Shown here piece after piece: positions 11,570 to 23,350 of a DNA stretch of 37,722 nt (the first letter of the stretch is position 1; each line of letters begins with the position of its first letter). This stretch comes from Tubiluchus corallicola (taxonomy: Eukaryota > Animalia > Priapulida): contig JAQGDQ010001504.1 of the NCBI GenBank assembly GCA_030141605.1, forward strand, positions 1-37,722. Reading direction: 5' to 3'. The notes under the pieces were generated by a model. The model was given only the letters and a program-made list of their open reading frames with translations. It ran no database searches and had not been told where the DNA came from. The position numbers and the translations under genes are program-made.

Positions 11570-11620
11570 ATAGCCCAACTCAGTGCCGGTCCCAAGCCCG
11601 GATAAATAGGGAGGGTTAGG
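11570..11620 (+). ncRNA. Twister ribozyme core, 5' part truncated, at the RTE 5' end
   Basis: TGCCGGTCCCAAGCCCGGATAAA-TAGG-GAGGG: P4 CCGG/CCGG, L4 UCCCAAGC, T1 CCC/GGG, T2 GC/GC; matches the rice twister core as I recall it. Confidence 0.78.
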
Positions 11621-12016
11621 GTCAGGAAGGGCATCCGCCTGTAAAAACTGCGCCGAAACCTTCTATGAATGAGTCCACAAAGAAGTGGTCAGACCCACTC
11701 TAATCTATGGGCTGGAAGCAGCTTCTCTAAAGAAGACAGAAGAGAAGAAAATGGGTGTGGTGGAGATGAGGATGTTGAGATGGATGGTGGAAATAACAAG
11801 AAGAGATAAAATTAGAAATAATAATATCAGAGGAACAGTAAAAGTAGTGGAAGCCTCGCAAGATTGCGATGGTATGGACACCTGAAAAGAAGAGTCGGTG
11901 AAGATCATGTGGGAAGGGAAGACATAAATGAAGAGATGATCAACAACAGGAATGCGTGGAGAAGACTCATTCACAACGGCGACCCCGCATAGGGAAAAGC
12001 TGAGAAGAAGAAGAAG
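11572..12016 (+). mobile_element. Bipartite, internally deleted RTE retrotransposon
   Basis: RTE-type 5' UTR fused to an ORF2 C-terminal remnant (VVRPTLIYGLE..EMRMLRWM..TRRDKIRN..LRWYGHLKRR), (GAA)n tail, 18-bp TSD at 11554-11571 and 12017-12034. Confidence 0.9.
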
Positions 12017-12269
12017 ATACAGTGTTGCAAGAATCTATAACAGGTATTTTAAAACAGGCTAAACTCGTTAACAGTGACGTTAATGACGTTATTTAAAATA
12101 AAATATAATGAGGACAGCCCACACAACCAAAATAGGTTTGTTGGAATCAGCTTATGCACACGTAATAACGATAAAGATTACACAAAGTTTCAATAACTAT
12201 ATAACCAACAGAAGCAGAAACGAAAATTCGGCCCCTCACATCTTATCCGTACTGCACGGTGGATGAATC

Positions 12270-12381
12270 CTAAATTGGATAACGATTATCTTTTGCCCAT
12301 TTTCGTATTTCGCGAATGATTAACTCAACTTGTGGATTTGCCGTGTTGCGCAAGATCTGTATCACATCTTGAAGATGTTCT
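12270..12381 (-). CDS. IFT56: IFT56 last coding exon EHLQDVIQILRNTANPQVELIIREIRKWAKDNRYPI*
   Basis: ttccag acceptor, phase 2 start, TAG stop at 12270-12272; matches TTC26 C-terminus ...KKWAKENRVSI. Confidence 0.95.
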
Positions 12382-12577
12382 CTGGAAAATTATAAAAGTT
12401 GTGGTTTTATTTTTTTATGATGTAGAGGACATTATAGAAGGATTGCCACAACATCAAGAGTTTATGCATAGAAATGCTCAGTTCTACATACGTATTTAGT
12501 GTTGTAACTTATGTGTAACATAAAAATTATATTTTACCATCATTAAAGTGCCAATTACTTTCACCTCTACAATGTAA

Positions 12578-13250
12578 TATAGGTTTTACATGTCAAATGT
12601 AGACCTGCGTTAACACAAATGTAGATTTAGGTAACTCAAATGTGTCTTGGTAACTCAAATGTAGACTTAGGTAGTTCAAATGTGTTAACAATGGTTTTCA
12701 AGAAATCTTAAGCGTTTTTGGTAAGTCAAATGTAGACACATGTCAAGTCAAATGTGGATAGGTGGTAAATTTTAGGGGTGTTAAATTTAATATCCTTTAA
12801 TCTTAATTTAATAATTGCTGTGAAAATAATAACTTTATAGGTCTACTAATAGTTCACTAATATTCTGTAAACTTTACATACCATTGAAACTGTTAGAGAA
12901 AACAATACATTCTTAAAATAAACAATGTTTCTTGAGAGAAACTAATTCATTAGTGCAGTGCTAATGCATTACTTAAAAAACTAATTAGTGATTCACTGTT
13001 CTTTGGGAAGGGATAAACAACACATTTTTCAAAGTTATGAAAGAGGTGATGACAATCTTTGGTTAACCTTTTTGTAATTTGCGCTTAAATGAGCAAATTA
13101 CCTATTTATTCAAAGTAATGCATCTACGTTTGACTTACCTAAGTCACATTTGAGTTACCAAAACACATTCAGAATTCCTATGTCTACATTTGACTTACCT
13201 AAGTCACATTTGAACTTTCCTGTGTCTACATTTGACATGTAAAACCTATA
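12578..13250. mobile_element. Foldback-type MITE with subterminal repeats
   Basis: 27-bp inverted repeat TATAGGTTTTACATGTCAAATGTAGAC, internal CAAATGTRGAC arrays mirrored at both ends. Confidence 0.85.
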
Positions 13251-13951
13251 GTTTAATTCATTATGAAGCCATTGCATGTGGACACTAAACATCAGGTATA
13301 AAATCGGGGAGGATGTGTAATGGTTCCACGGCTCAACAGCAGCACGGACAGATGTGTCTACCATCTCAGCACCTGCTACGTAGTCTGCCATCTACGGACG
13401 TTGCCAACTGCAGAGGCGTACGACAGTACGAGACAAAGAAAAGCTCGTTAATTTTCAATACAAGATGTTGCTAACATCTCAAAATGCAACCCTTGTAAAA
13501 GCTTTAGTACATATTTACTGAACAAAAGTAAGCGATGCACACATCACTATGGGTCACACGACTCACACCGCTGTCGATACTCGGCGTATTTGCTAACGAC
13601 TTAAAATGACGTCAGCTTCCGGGAGCCATTTTGTTTGTCTTTAAGTGAATTTCTTTAAATTTGTATAGGTTCGCTGTTTTGCAGTTTTGAGCGTAACTAG
13701 TAAAAGTTAATTAGAAAGTAGCAACACCAAAACGACAGTGTGCATTTATAGATGAAACGAAAGCCAAGTACCCATGTGTCCTCTTTTTCAACTCAGACAA
13801 TATGGTAACCCTATATGTAGATCAGTACGTGAGATGCAAAACAAGTTTGTCGGTAGGTCTAACTTTATTTACTCCTTTGATATCGGCTGCTTGACTGTCG
13901 TCAGTTCAATATTATCAATAAACTACTGAAATAACAAAACATATTTTTAAA

Positions 13952-14687
13952 GTGTAGGGCGCCGAGTAACCCACTAGCCGAAGTAGGACACTTCCGGCAA
14001 AATGCATGTGCTAAATTTGCGGAAAAGCAATGTCGTACATGGGCAGCCCCAAGTAGGACACTAGCGATTTCTGTCGAGAATTGAGATTTACGACATACAA
14101 AAACATGAAAGTAAATCTGTTTTAGAAAAAAGTAACTTTATAATAATAGTCCTTGACAATTTACAAATGTATTTTTTACAACAATATCATCATTATTATT
14201 ACCTCCATTAATATCACCATAACATTAAGTATTTAATGCTTTAAAGAGAGAAACAAGGTAGGACGCATAACTTGCTAACCCGTTTACTTAGCAGAAAACA
14301 GTTATTTGTCCAAGACGGAGTGAAAAGGATCACCTGTCTGTGAAGCAAGACAAACCTTAATGATATACCTTAAACAAATGTTGGAATCGCCCAAGGAGTG
14401 GGTTTATTTCACTTCAAAAAGATTAATATTGAAGCCAAATTTACTAGCTCAAAATAAGATTCTTTTATTTTACTAGATGTATAATAAATTATTCAACGTA
14501 TATTGACGTTTTTAATTATTATTCCATAAACAAGGACAACGGATGGTGCCAGTACGCTTAACAACTCAATTCACGACCTGTTTCTAGTGTCCTATTTGGG
14601 CAGCCCATGTACGACGAGTCCTACTTGGGCTAGCCCATGTACGCCAATTGTCCTACTTCGGCTAGTGGGCTACTCGGCGCCCAACAC
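13952..14687. mobile_element. MITE with ~39-bp TIRs, superfamily uncertain
   Basis: GTGTWGGGCGCCGAGTARCCCACTAGCCGAAGTAGGACA inverted at both ends; internal AGTAGGAC and GGGCAGCCC repeats. Confidence 0.85.
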
Positions 14688-14697
14688 AAAGCATTAC

Positions 14698-14831
14698 TTT
14701 GGCTCACGTCCGGCAACAATGAGCTGAAATAATCCCACGCACGCTCCACGTTTACCCTCCCAGTACTCTGGATTAGGATCAAGACGTTCAAGAACATCAA
14801 ATGCTTTTGCTGCATAGTAAAAATGACCCAT
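14698..14831 (-). CDS. IFT56: IFT56 exon [44 protein letters not shown](K)
   Basis: ttgcag|134 nt|gtaatg, phase 0-2. Confidence 0.96.
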
Positions 14832-14845
14832 CTGCAACATGAGAA

Positions 14846-15201
14846 TCTATTATATTAATATTCTTGGTATGTTTTATATTTATATATATATATAAGATTC
14901 GAGGCTACAGCCAGACCAAGAGGAGTACTGGCGAGTTAATTACATGTTCTATTTTCAGCAATTTTCGCTTAGAAAACTGCTGACGCAATGCCATTGTTGT
15001 GACGTCATCCATTATACTCTGCCTATAACCTTATAGCAATAATTCAGTAAAAGCTGCTACAGGCTTTGCGTTAGGTAAGTAAACAAACAGTAGGCAGGAT
15101 GTTACGGGCTTTGTATTATAAATGAGGACTAGGTAGAATGTTCGCGTATTATTGATTATACGTGTGTTTATACGCAAAATTTTTTGCGGGGCCTTTGCTA
15201 G
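14846..15201 (+). mobile_element. Non-autonomous Helitron, family A, internally deleted
   Basis: a|TC 5' end, subterminal hairpin CGCAAAA-TT-TTTTGCG, CTAG|t 3' end, no TSD. Confidence 0.8.
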
Positions 15202-15539
15202 TCTATATATTAATATTCTTGGTATATATATATATATAAGATTGGAGGCTACAGCTTTGACGACGGCACCATTTGCGGCAATCTATACATCAAACGAAAG
15301 GTCTCGATCTAGTGTCGTGCCATTGGGGGTTTATTTTTCGAATCGGGCCCACCGGGACGAACGGGAGCCAAAAAACCTCCAAAAATGACCATTTTTCGGC
15401 CGTTTTTTGCAAAAGTTATACGTCTGAGATCTGAAGAACGGGAACAAGCCGGGGATGGTGCTGGCTATGGATAGATAGCCCGTTCAGCGGTGGGTGTCAT
15501 AGGCGCATTTAGAATTTGCGAGAGGGCCACGGCGTCCCG
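15202..15539 (+). mobile_element. Helitron family A, 3'-truncated copy joined head-to-tail to the previous one
   Basis: CTAG|TCTATAT junction; sequence shared with 23351-24046 and 35484-36289. Confidence 0.8.
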
Positions 15540-17261
15540 GTTTTCCTGGATCTTATGTTAATGCTAGATTAGTACAAAGAATGTGTAGGTCGTACAAAAC
15601 ACCTACTGCTTTTAAGGCTTTATATCCTAATAACTATAAAAAACGTCATTGTTATCGTAATCCTAAATGACAATGACGCGAAAATGAAAGCTTTGCGTCT
15701 GCAGAGTCACACGGCGAATTGAAAAGGGCAGCTATAGTAGAGGTTAATGAGTTTCTACCATTAACAGAGCATTTGAAAAACTAAACCAACCGGGCGTTTT
15801 TGTTCACGAGCTGTAATTAGTCCACGAACTGTTAATCAGACGAAATACAGATGACAAAAACAGAGTGTCTGTATTACAGTGTTATTTTGCAAGAATACTA
15901 GCAAAACACTGTGCTAAAATGACTTCCATACAGCGTTACAAGACTAATTAGGCTTGCACTTAAAGGTGGGAAAGAAACCGATGGTTAAACCACTGATACG
16001 CATACACGTACTGGCAGCAGGAAAGGTATGCACTTTAGAGCATTCAAAACTAAACTATAGTTCAGTAACTGTTGCTGAAGTAACTAACTTAGGCATCTTA
16101 GGATTAAGAAAATAGCATTATCTTGCTGTGATAATTATGCAAAAAAATTTTTTTGAGACTTAAATGACAAGAAAATGACCAACCAAAGTAAGCCTCAGAA
16201 AATTCGCAATAAAAAATTATATCACCTAAGTATAATCTTAAGAGAATAAAGTACTCACATTTTTGCATATACTCCAATTTTTGTAAAATATTTCTACCGT
16301 TGCAGTAAACGTTGGCGCAGACATGTTTCATTTAGTCCACCAATTGAAAAGCCAGCATGTGACTGATCACGTGGCATGACGTCACTCGAACACAGACGCA
16401 GTGAGTTCTGAGCACGTGTACTATAAGGATTTGTGTTGTGTTTCTGTAACGCCATTTAATATGGCGTTGCCGTGACAGTCTAGCGGGAATATTTCAAATG
16501 AAAACAAACAGGAAATTCTTTTAACGTGAGTACGATAAACGCTTAAGATTGCCTCTAACCGTTATAATTCTTTAGTGAGAGTTTTCTGAGACTTGCTTTA
16601 ACTAGGCCTTTTCTTGTCCTTTAAATGGACACAGAAAAAAAATAGATGCTTATTGATTTACTTTGTATAAATGTTGTAAAAGATGGAAACATGAGTCAGT
16701 TGTAAATAATCTTTTGCTAATTATATATTATTATTTTTACAATATATTGGACAGCCGTCCGCTTTTAACGGAGGCAGGACGGATGGCACCACGGCCCACA
16801 CCGTGCGGCATGTCTTAATTATGTCATTCAACACCTGACCCATAAACAAAGATTGAATAATAGAGTCAGTCGATTTATTATTGAATGTTTACACTTTAAA
16901 TAAGGAACGACCAGCTTACCTACAGAGACAGAGTTTGCCAGAAAAGCCTGAGAAATGTGAACAGAGCTGCACATGCTACGAAAGACACGACCACTGACAA
17001 GGGTCTACAGCAGACCTTCCCTTTTTATAAGCTCAGGTGTGCACGTGACTAGTGGCTTTTACTAACACAAGGTCAGAATACAAGTCAGTGCTAGATAAAG
17101 CCACGTTCACATGCACACCTGAGAAGTCTACTGTATTCCTCTGCCAGCATTACATTTCATTTCATCACAGCCCTGTAGTACAATATACTATAATTACCAA
17201 GTCCTAATTTTTTTAAGCAAATGCGTCCCAATTTATCAGAATTTATCTGCTGTAAACTTAC

Positions 17262-17368
17262 CTTATAACAATCATTGGCAATTAGTTGCAATAAACTGAA
17301 AGAATGACTAGAGGTTTCCATTTTCAAATAAAGTTCCCAGGCATTTCTAGGTTTGCGATTAATTACAT
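17262..17368 (-). CDS. IFT56: IFT56 exon (Y)[35 protein letters not shown]
   Basis: ttccag|107 nt|gtaagt, phase 1-0. Confidence 0.96.
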
Positions 17369-17392
17369 CTGGAACAAAATAGTTACGTTTGA

Positions 17393-17830
<438 letters not shown>

Positions 17831-17959
17831 TAAAATGGCATTTCACTGGCACTCTCTTAAGCAACGTAGATTCAAACGCTTTAGTGTAAAACAGAAATCC
17901 TACAAAAGCATTTTAAATCTTTTCCTAGCGCCAGATTCAGAACCTTTTTTGTAAATAAC

Positions 17960-18704
17960 TGTTGTGTTTTGTTTCTCTCGGAAGGCTCGTAGAGAAAACC
18001 AGAAAACGCATCGTCAAATTAAACTAGTTTATTATACGAGAATTCTATAAGTATGAAGGAATGCGAGATGTTTACAGTAAATGTGATAATCTGGAAACGT
18101 GAAAGCGACAGGGCCTATTTCATGGGGGGGGGGAGTGGGGATACTTCCCCGGGTCCTCACCCTCCAGGGGGGCCTCGCGCCAAGGTAAATTTTTTTGCTT
18201 TATGCGAACATACTGCCTCCTCTCTCCCTCTCTCTCTTGCCGCACGCGCGCCGTTTGCCAGTACTACAAGTATTAAGGACTGGTCTTGAGAATAAAGCAG
18301 TTTTTCTTTCAATTGTTCTTTCCTTTAACAACTGTATAACTCCATATTTTCTCTTTGAAAATGCTTCTCCGGCGTTCTAGCAGTTCAAAAATTTTCATGG
18401 TTGGCGACCACCCCCCGGCGCTTCGCGATCCCCTCCCCCCGAGGGGGCCTCACATGCCCCACTTCCCCGGGCCTAGCTTAGGCTGAAATAGGCCCTAAAA
18501 GCGTATCTGAGAATCTGAGAATACCAGGATACAAGAGATTGTGAGAGAATAAACTTCAGCGGCCAGCTCCGCCTTATATATCAGTGCCAGGGAACAATCT
18601 AGAAACAGAAAGTTCTAGAGACTTCTACAAGGTAAGAAGATTGTTCTACTATACTATAGAACATTCTACAATATTCTATTTAATTCTAGTGGATCTCCAC
18701 AACA
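17960..18704 (-). mobile_element. Solo LTR copy 2, interrupted by a MITE
   Basis: Homologous to 9386-9754 with the same TGTTGTG..CACAACA ends. Confidence 0.8.
18109..18497. mobile_element. GC-rich hAT-like MITE nested in the solo LTR
   Basis: TIR AGGGCCTATTTCA/TGAAATAGGCCCT, AAAGCG on both flanks. Confidence 0.75.
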
Positions 18705-18835
18705 ATACAGAACTTACACATAAGTACAAGTAGGACTGCATCAACAGTCAAATCAACATGACTAGAAAATTAAGATTACTTGTCTACCAAACATAATATT
18801 TTGAAACTAATAAAAAAAAAATTCAAGCATCTTAC

Positions 18836-18905
18836 AGCATCTAGCCAGACAGCTCACATACGTGTAGTCGTTCTTGATCTTTTCATTTTGAATCAACAAG
18901 AAAAG
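18836..18905 (-). CDS. IFT56: IFT56 exon LFLLIQNEKIKNDYTYVSCLARC
   Basis: tttcag|70 nt|gtaaga, phase 0-1. Confidence 0.95.
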
Positions 18906-19158
18906 CTGAAAATATAATAAAGAAACAAACCTTCAGTTACTGTGGAAGTTGTAATTGTACATTTTAATTAGGTGCTGCCATCTATGAACTAATTCTGTTA
19001 CATTCTACCAGCTACTTACCCCCAGTATAATTGTGCGGTCCAGTGAATACATATTCACTGGTTCTCTTCCTATTTTAAAGTAATGGTTTTTGTGAAGCCT
19101 TTGCAAGTCTGCATAGGACACCTATACCTATATATACTGACTGGTTTTACTTTCTAGT

Positions 19159-19512
19159 CACTCTCTCATTCTCAGTGTTCAGTGCAGGACACTCTCATTC
19201 TCATTCTCAGTGTTCAGTGCAGGACACTCTCATTCTCACTCTCAGTGTTCAGTACAGGACTCTCTCATTCTCATTCTCAGTGTTCAGTGCAGGACACTCT
19301 CATTCTCACTCTCAGTGTTCAGTGCAGGACACTCTCATTCTCATTCTCAGTGTTCAGTGCAGGACACTCTCATTCTCATTCTCTGTGTTCAGTGCAGGAC
19401 TCTCTCATTCTCTGTGTTCAGTACAGGACTCTCTCATTCTCTGTGTTCAGTACAGGACTCTCTCATTCTCTGTGTTCAGTACAGGACTCTCTCATTCTCT
19501 GTGTTCAGTGCA
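19159..19512. repeat. Minisatellite of 35-bp and 29-bp units
   Basis: ACTCTCATTCTC(ATTCTC)WGTGTTCAGTRCAGG, ~11 units. Confidence 0.95.
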
Positions 19513-19738
19513 GCAGTCATGCTACTCATGTGTCTTTAGTTTAATAAACACTTTTCTGTTTTGTGCAATGCAGATATGTATTATAGATTTTTTATTCTTG
19601 TTCTGCAAGTGAGTGATCTACCACTTCAAACATGACTTTCACATTTACTGCATAGATGTGAATAATGTGTTCAGTAATTTCCAACGGTCTGCACGTTAAT
19701 GTAAACATGGCAGAGTTTAAGCAATTAAGTCTTACTTA

Positions 19739-20399
19739 CCATATATACTTATGTACAAGTCGAATTTCTGGGAGGCGATTTTGAGGTGAAATTTTTGAGG
19801 TCGACTTAGACTTACGATATGTTTATACGATTTATACTGCTATGTTTATACGATTTATACTTACAAAGAGTCGTCTACAATATGCATATGTAAAGAAGTA
19901 ATTGATATTTGAAAACTGAGATGTATTTCTATTCAAAAGATGTTACTGAATAAGACTGTGACGTTTTAGGTATGGGTTTTTAGTTCTAAGTGAGAAATCA
20001 GCGACTGAAATGTCACGACGGATCCTGGCCGCGATATCCTAGGGTTAAAGGCATTACAAACAATTATGCACGATGAAAGGCCAGGTTGCATTATCATGGA
20101 TTGCATTGAGGGCCTTCAACATGAATATACACACATACACACACACCTACGCGCACGCCTGCACACACACGCACACACACACAAATATACATCGGGTAGG
20201 TATAATATACTCGTCCCAGGCACTTGCACGTATCTTACACACTAACACCTAGGCTACTGATTTATTACACGGCCATTGTTGACATCATTTACTCTGGAAG
20301 ATCTTAATATTTTATGGTAGACTTGTACACAGGTAATATATAAAATGATGCAATTTTTGGTCTTAAAATGCACATCGACTTGCACACACGTATATACGG
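19739..20399. mobile_element. Old Tc1/mariner-type MITE
   Basis: ta|CCRTATATAC..TRCAAGTCGA inverted ends|ta. Confidence 0.7.
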
Positions 20400-22210
20400 T
20401 AATACCTTAATTGTTACAGTAAACAATTATGATCAGAATAATCACAAATAATTATAAATGTAGTAGCAGTAATCTTAACTCATTAATTGTTATAGCATAT
20501 GAATAAAATGATATACATCTAATATCATTTTAGCATCTATATATATATATATATAAATAAAGATGCTAAAAATTTATATTTTCACTTCAATATTTCAACT
20601 GAGTGTCATTTTCAAGAAACATAAAATAAATACAAACAAAATTTTAAAAGTAAAAGATCAACCATGTGGTTATTATGGGCAAAAATTATTTTCTTTAAAC
20701 TGCAGACATTATTATGTTTTTTAAACAATTTGGCAAACTGCCAGCTAAAAGCTAGCATTCAATGGGCAGAATCTATCCAAAGTGTTATGCATGGTAAACG
20801 ATATAAATTTGGCGATACGATACGATACTTTTCTCCAACAATACGATAACGATAATCCACGTTTTAGATGACACGATAAATTATTTCGAGCGATAAAAAT
20901 GATACTGAAGTTAGAAAATTTATGCTACAACAGAAAAGGTATCTCTTATAATTAAACCATTTATGAAACCATTATGTGACTACGACGAAATTTTCTGTTT
21001 CGTTGTTATAATGATTCATAAATAAATAAGCTGCGATAGATACATAGATTACCATGATATAAAGATTTATCTATGCGAGTTGCACAATTACACATGTCCG
21101 CGACGATGACACCGAAAATGAAGTACACTGTAGTCGGCATCCGCGAGTCTGTATGATTCAGAGTCAGAATAAAGATTACCGCTATTGCTAAGCGAAAGTG
21201 CAACTGCATGCGACTGACAAGCTTATAATTTTAAATAATTCTTTTTATCCACCATTTTTCTTAATTCCTGTAAGTAAATTGAAAAGCAAAATGAAGAGAT
21301 TTTGTAAAGGTAAGCGATAAGCAACGACACAAGCCAAAATCGATACAATAACAATACACCTAAAATAATATCGAAATGACAACGATAAAAACAAATTTTT
21401 CTTATATCAATATGATAATTATCGAAACGTATCGTTATCATTAATATCCGTAATGTGTACGAATGTGGCAAGCCCGGAACATAGTTCATTGTCAAGGTTA
21501 TTTCTCTCTTAGATGAGACACTAAACCGGCAGGAATGTCTTAGTCATGTATGGATGTGCATGCATCTTCCATGGATGGCGTACATATGCGAGAATCAGTA
21601 TGAAGCCACTATAGCGAGTTTCGAACCTGGCAGTCACGTATCCATTCAAGTGCCAACCTCAGCATTGCTTAACTTGAATAGCACAGCACAAGTTGCACCC
21701 ATTTGTCTATTCCATCATGATCGACAGAGACCCGTATACTCCCATAAGGTGCTACAAATGTTCTTTTTTCTAATTCATTTGCACATATATAAAATGAATA
21801 TATATGAAAAAATGATATTTAAAAGCAGAAATAATAAAAACAGTCAAAACAACTTGTAGCAGCTTAGCCAAATGGCTTGTATTGCAGAATTGAAACCTCC
21901 CAAACACAAAATGCAAATTTGAAAGTGTTTTTGAACAGCGTTGTGAGGCTAGTCACTTTGTGCCCTCGACTGAACTACCGTAGGAAGTGAGTGAAATTTT
22001 ATTACTCTCTATGACAGCACAGAACAAGTAGTCCAAGTGAACAAAGAGTAAAAAAATACACAGTGAAAAAAACTGTAAAAACTGCAAACCCAGATGTTGC
22101 AGTACATGAAATTTGCACCCGTCCGTAACCCAGAACACAGTACCCGTCCGTAGCCCAAAACACACTACATGCAAACACATCTCAAGTACACCTATATGTT
22201 CAATGATAAC

Positions 22211-22383
22211 CTCTTCAGCTTCCTTGTAGTTTCCGACGGCAACTTTAGCTTGTGCGTAATCAAAATTGAAGGTGTCATCGTTGTAGAAATAGCTTTTCAC
22301 AGAGTTGAGGTATATGAGGACATCCTCAAACTGTTTCAGCAGAAAGAAACAAGAGGCCATACATTGTCGTCCCGGTATGGTGT
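22211..22383 (-). CDS. IFT56: IFT56 exon (D)[57 protein letters not shown]
   Basis: tttcag|173 nt|gttatc, phase 1-0; strong TTC26 similarity; weak donor. Confidence 0.94.
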
Positions 22384-22951
22384 CTGAAATCAAACTGCGT
22401 AATTGAATAACACACTACAAGCTGTTATACAAGTATGCCATATAAAGCTTTGAGAGTGTGTTTGCTGACAACTGTTCTCAATTATGCCAACATTACGTAA
22501 TTACAGCATCAAATAAAACCTACTAATATCACTAATTCTTTATTACGTACAGTCTCTGTTTGCTCAAAGTTTAGTTTTAAATCGTATAATTATTATTTGT
22601 ATTTTTTTTCAAAATTAGAGCTCATTGCAAAGAAACAGCATTTATCTTAAAAATAAAGATTTTTCTTTGCAGTAGAGAAGAGAATCATTCATATTAACTG
22701 AAAAACAGAACCGACATTCCAGAGCTGAGACACAATGTAGAAAAAACAAGATACAGTTGAACTCCCACCCCCACCCACCCCCATTATAACGCCAGCCTCG
22801 CCATAATGCCAACTATTGCCCTGTCCTGATTTCCATAATATATTTAATATAGAAAATACTGCTATCCGCCAACGTATCTTCCATGCCAAAAATTTATTTT
22901 ACATAATAATTTTACCCTTGTTATAATGCCAACCAAGATACAGTAAAATGG

Positions 22952-23136
22952 AAAACAGCTATAACATTGTAAAAACAATGAAACAGCTATAACATTGTAA
23001 AAACAATGACACTATAACATTGTAAAAACAATGACGCTATAACATTGTAAAAACAATGAAACAGCTATAACATTGTAAAAACAATGACACTATAACATTG
23101 TAAAAACAATGATGCTATAACATTGCAAAAACAATG
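22952..23136. repeat. Minisatellite, 7 units of 28/25 bp
   Basis: CTATAACATTGTAAAAACAATG core. Confidence 0.93.
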
Positions 23137-23350
23137 ACTTCTGAATGGAAAACAATGAAGGTGTTTAAATTAAGGTAATGTCTTGTTGCAAGTGACTGTA
23201 TGAAAGTGAATGTTGAGGTTTTGAGCAAGAAGCATGCATTTTAAGAGCACAAAAGTTGCGTAGCTCTGAATTAACTGTTGTGAATTTAACGGCCGTAAAA
23301 GCTGTTTGACTCGAGGTCAAGATATACACAGCAGGTATTTATTTTTGCTC

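Noticed and set aside
15960-16624. Kolobok-like element (TTAA|AGG...CCT|TTAA)
   Set aside because: Inverted match beyond the first 3 nt is too weak to support
16750-16812. GC-rich double hairpin as a structured RNA
   Set aside because: No recognisable family motif and no second copy to test covariation
19175-19612. Repetitive ORFs in three frames
   Set aside because: Minisatellite artefact, antisense in an intron
20790-21660. Old CGATA-rich MITE and Nin-like or tRNA-SINE scraps
   Set aside because: No definable termini or TSD
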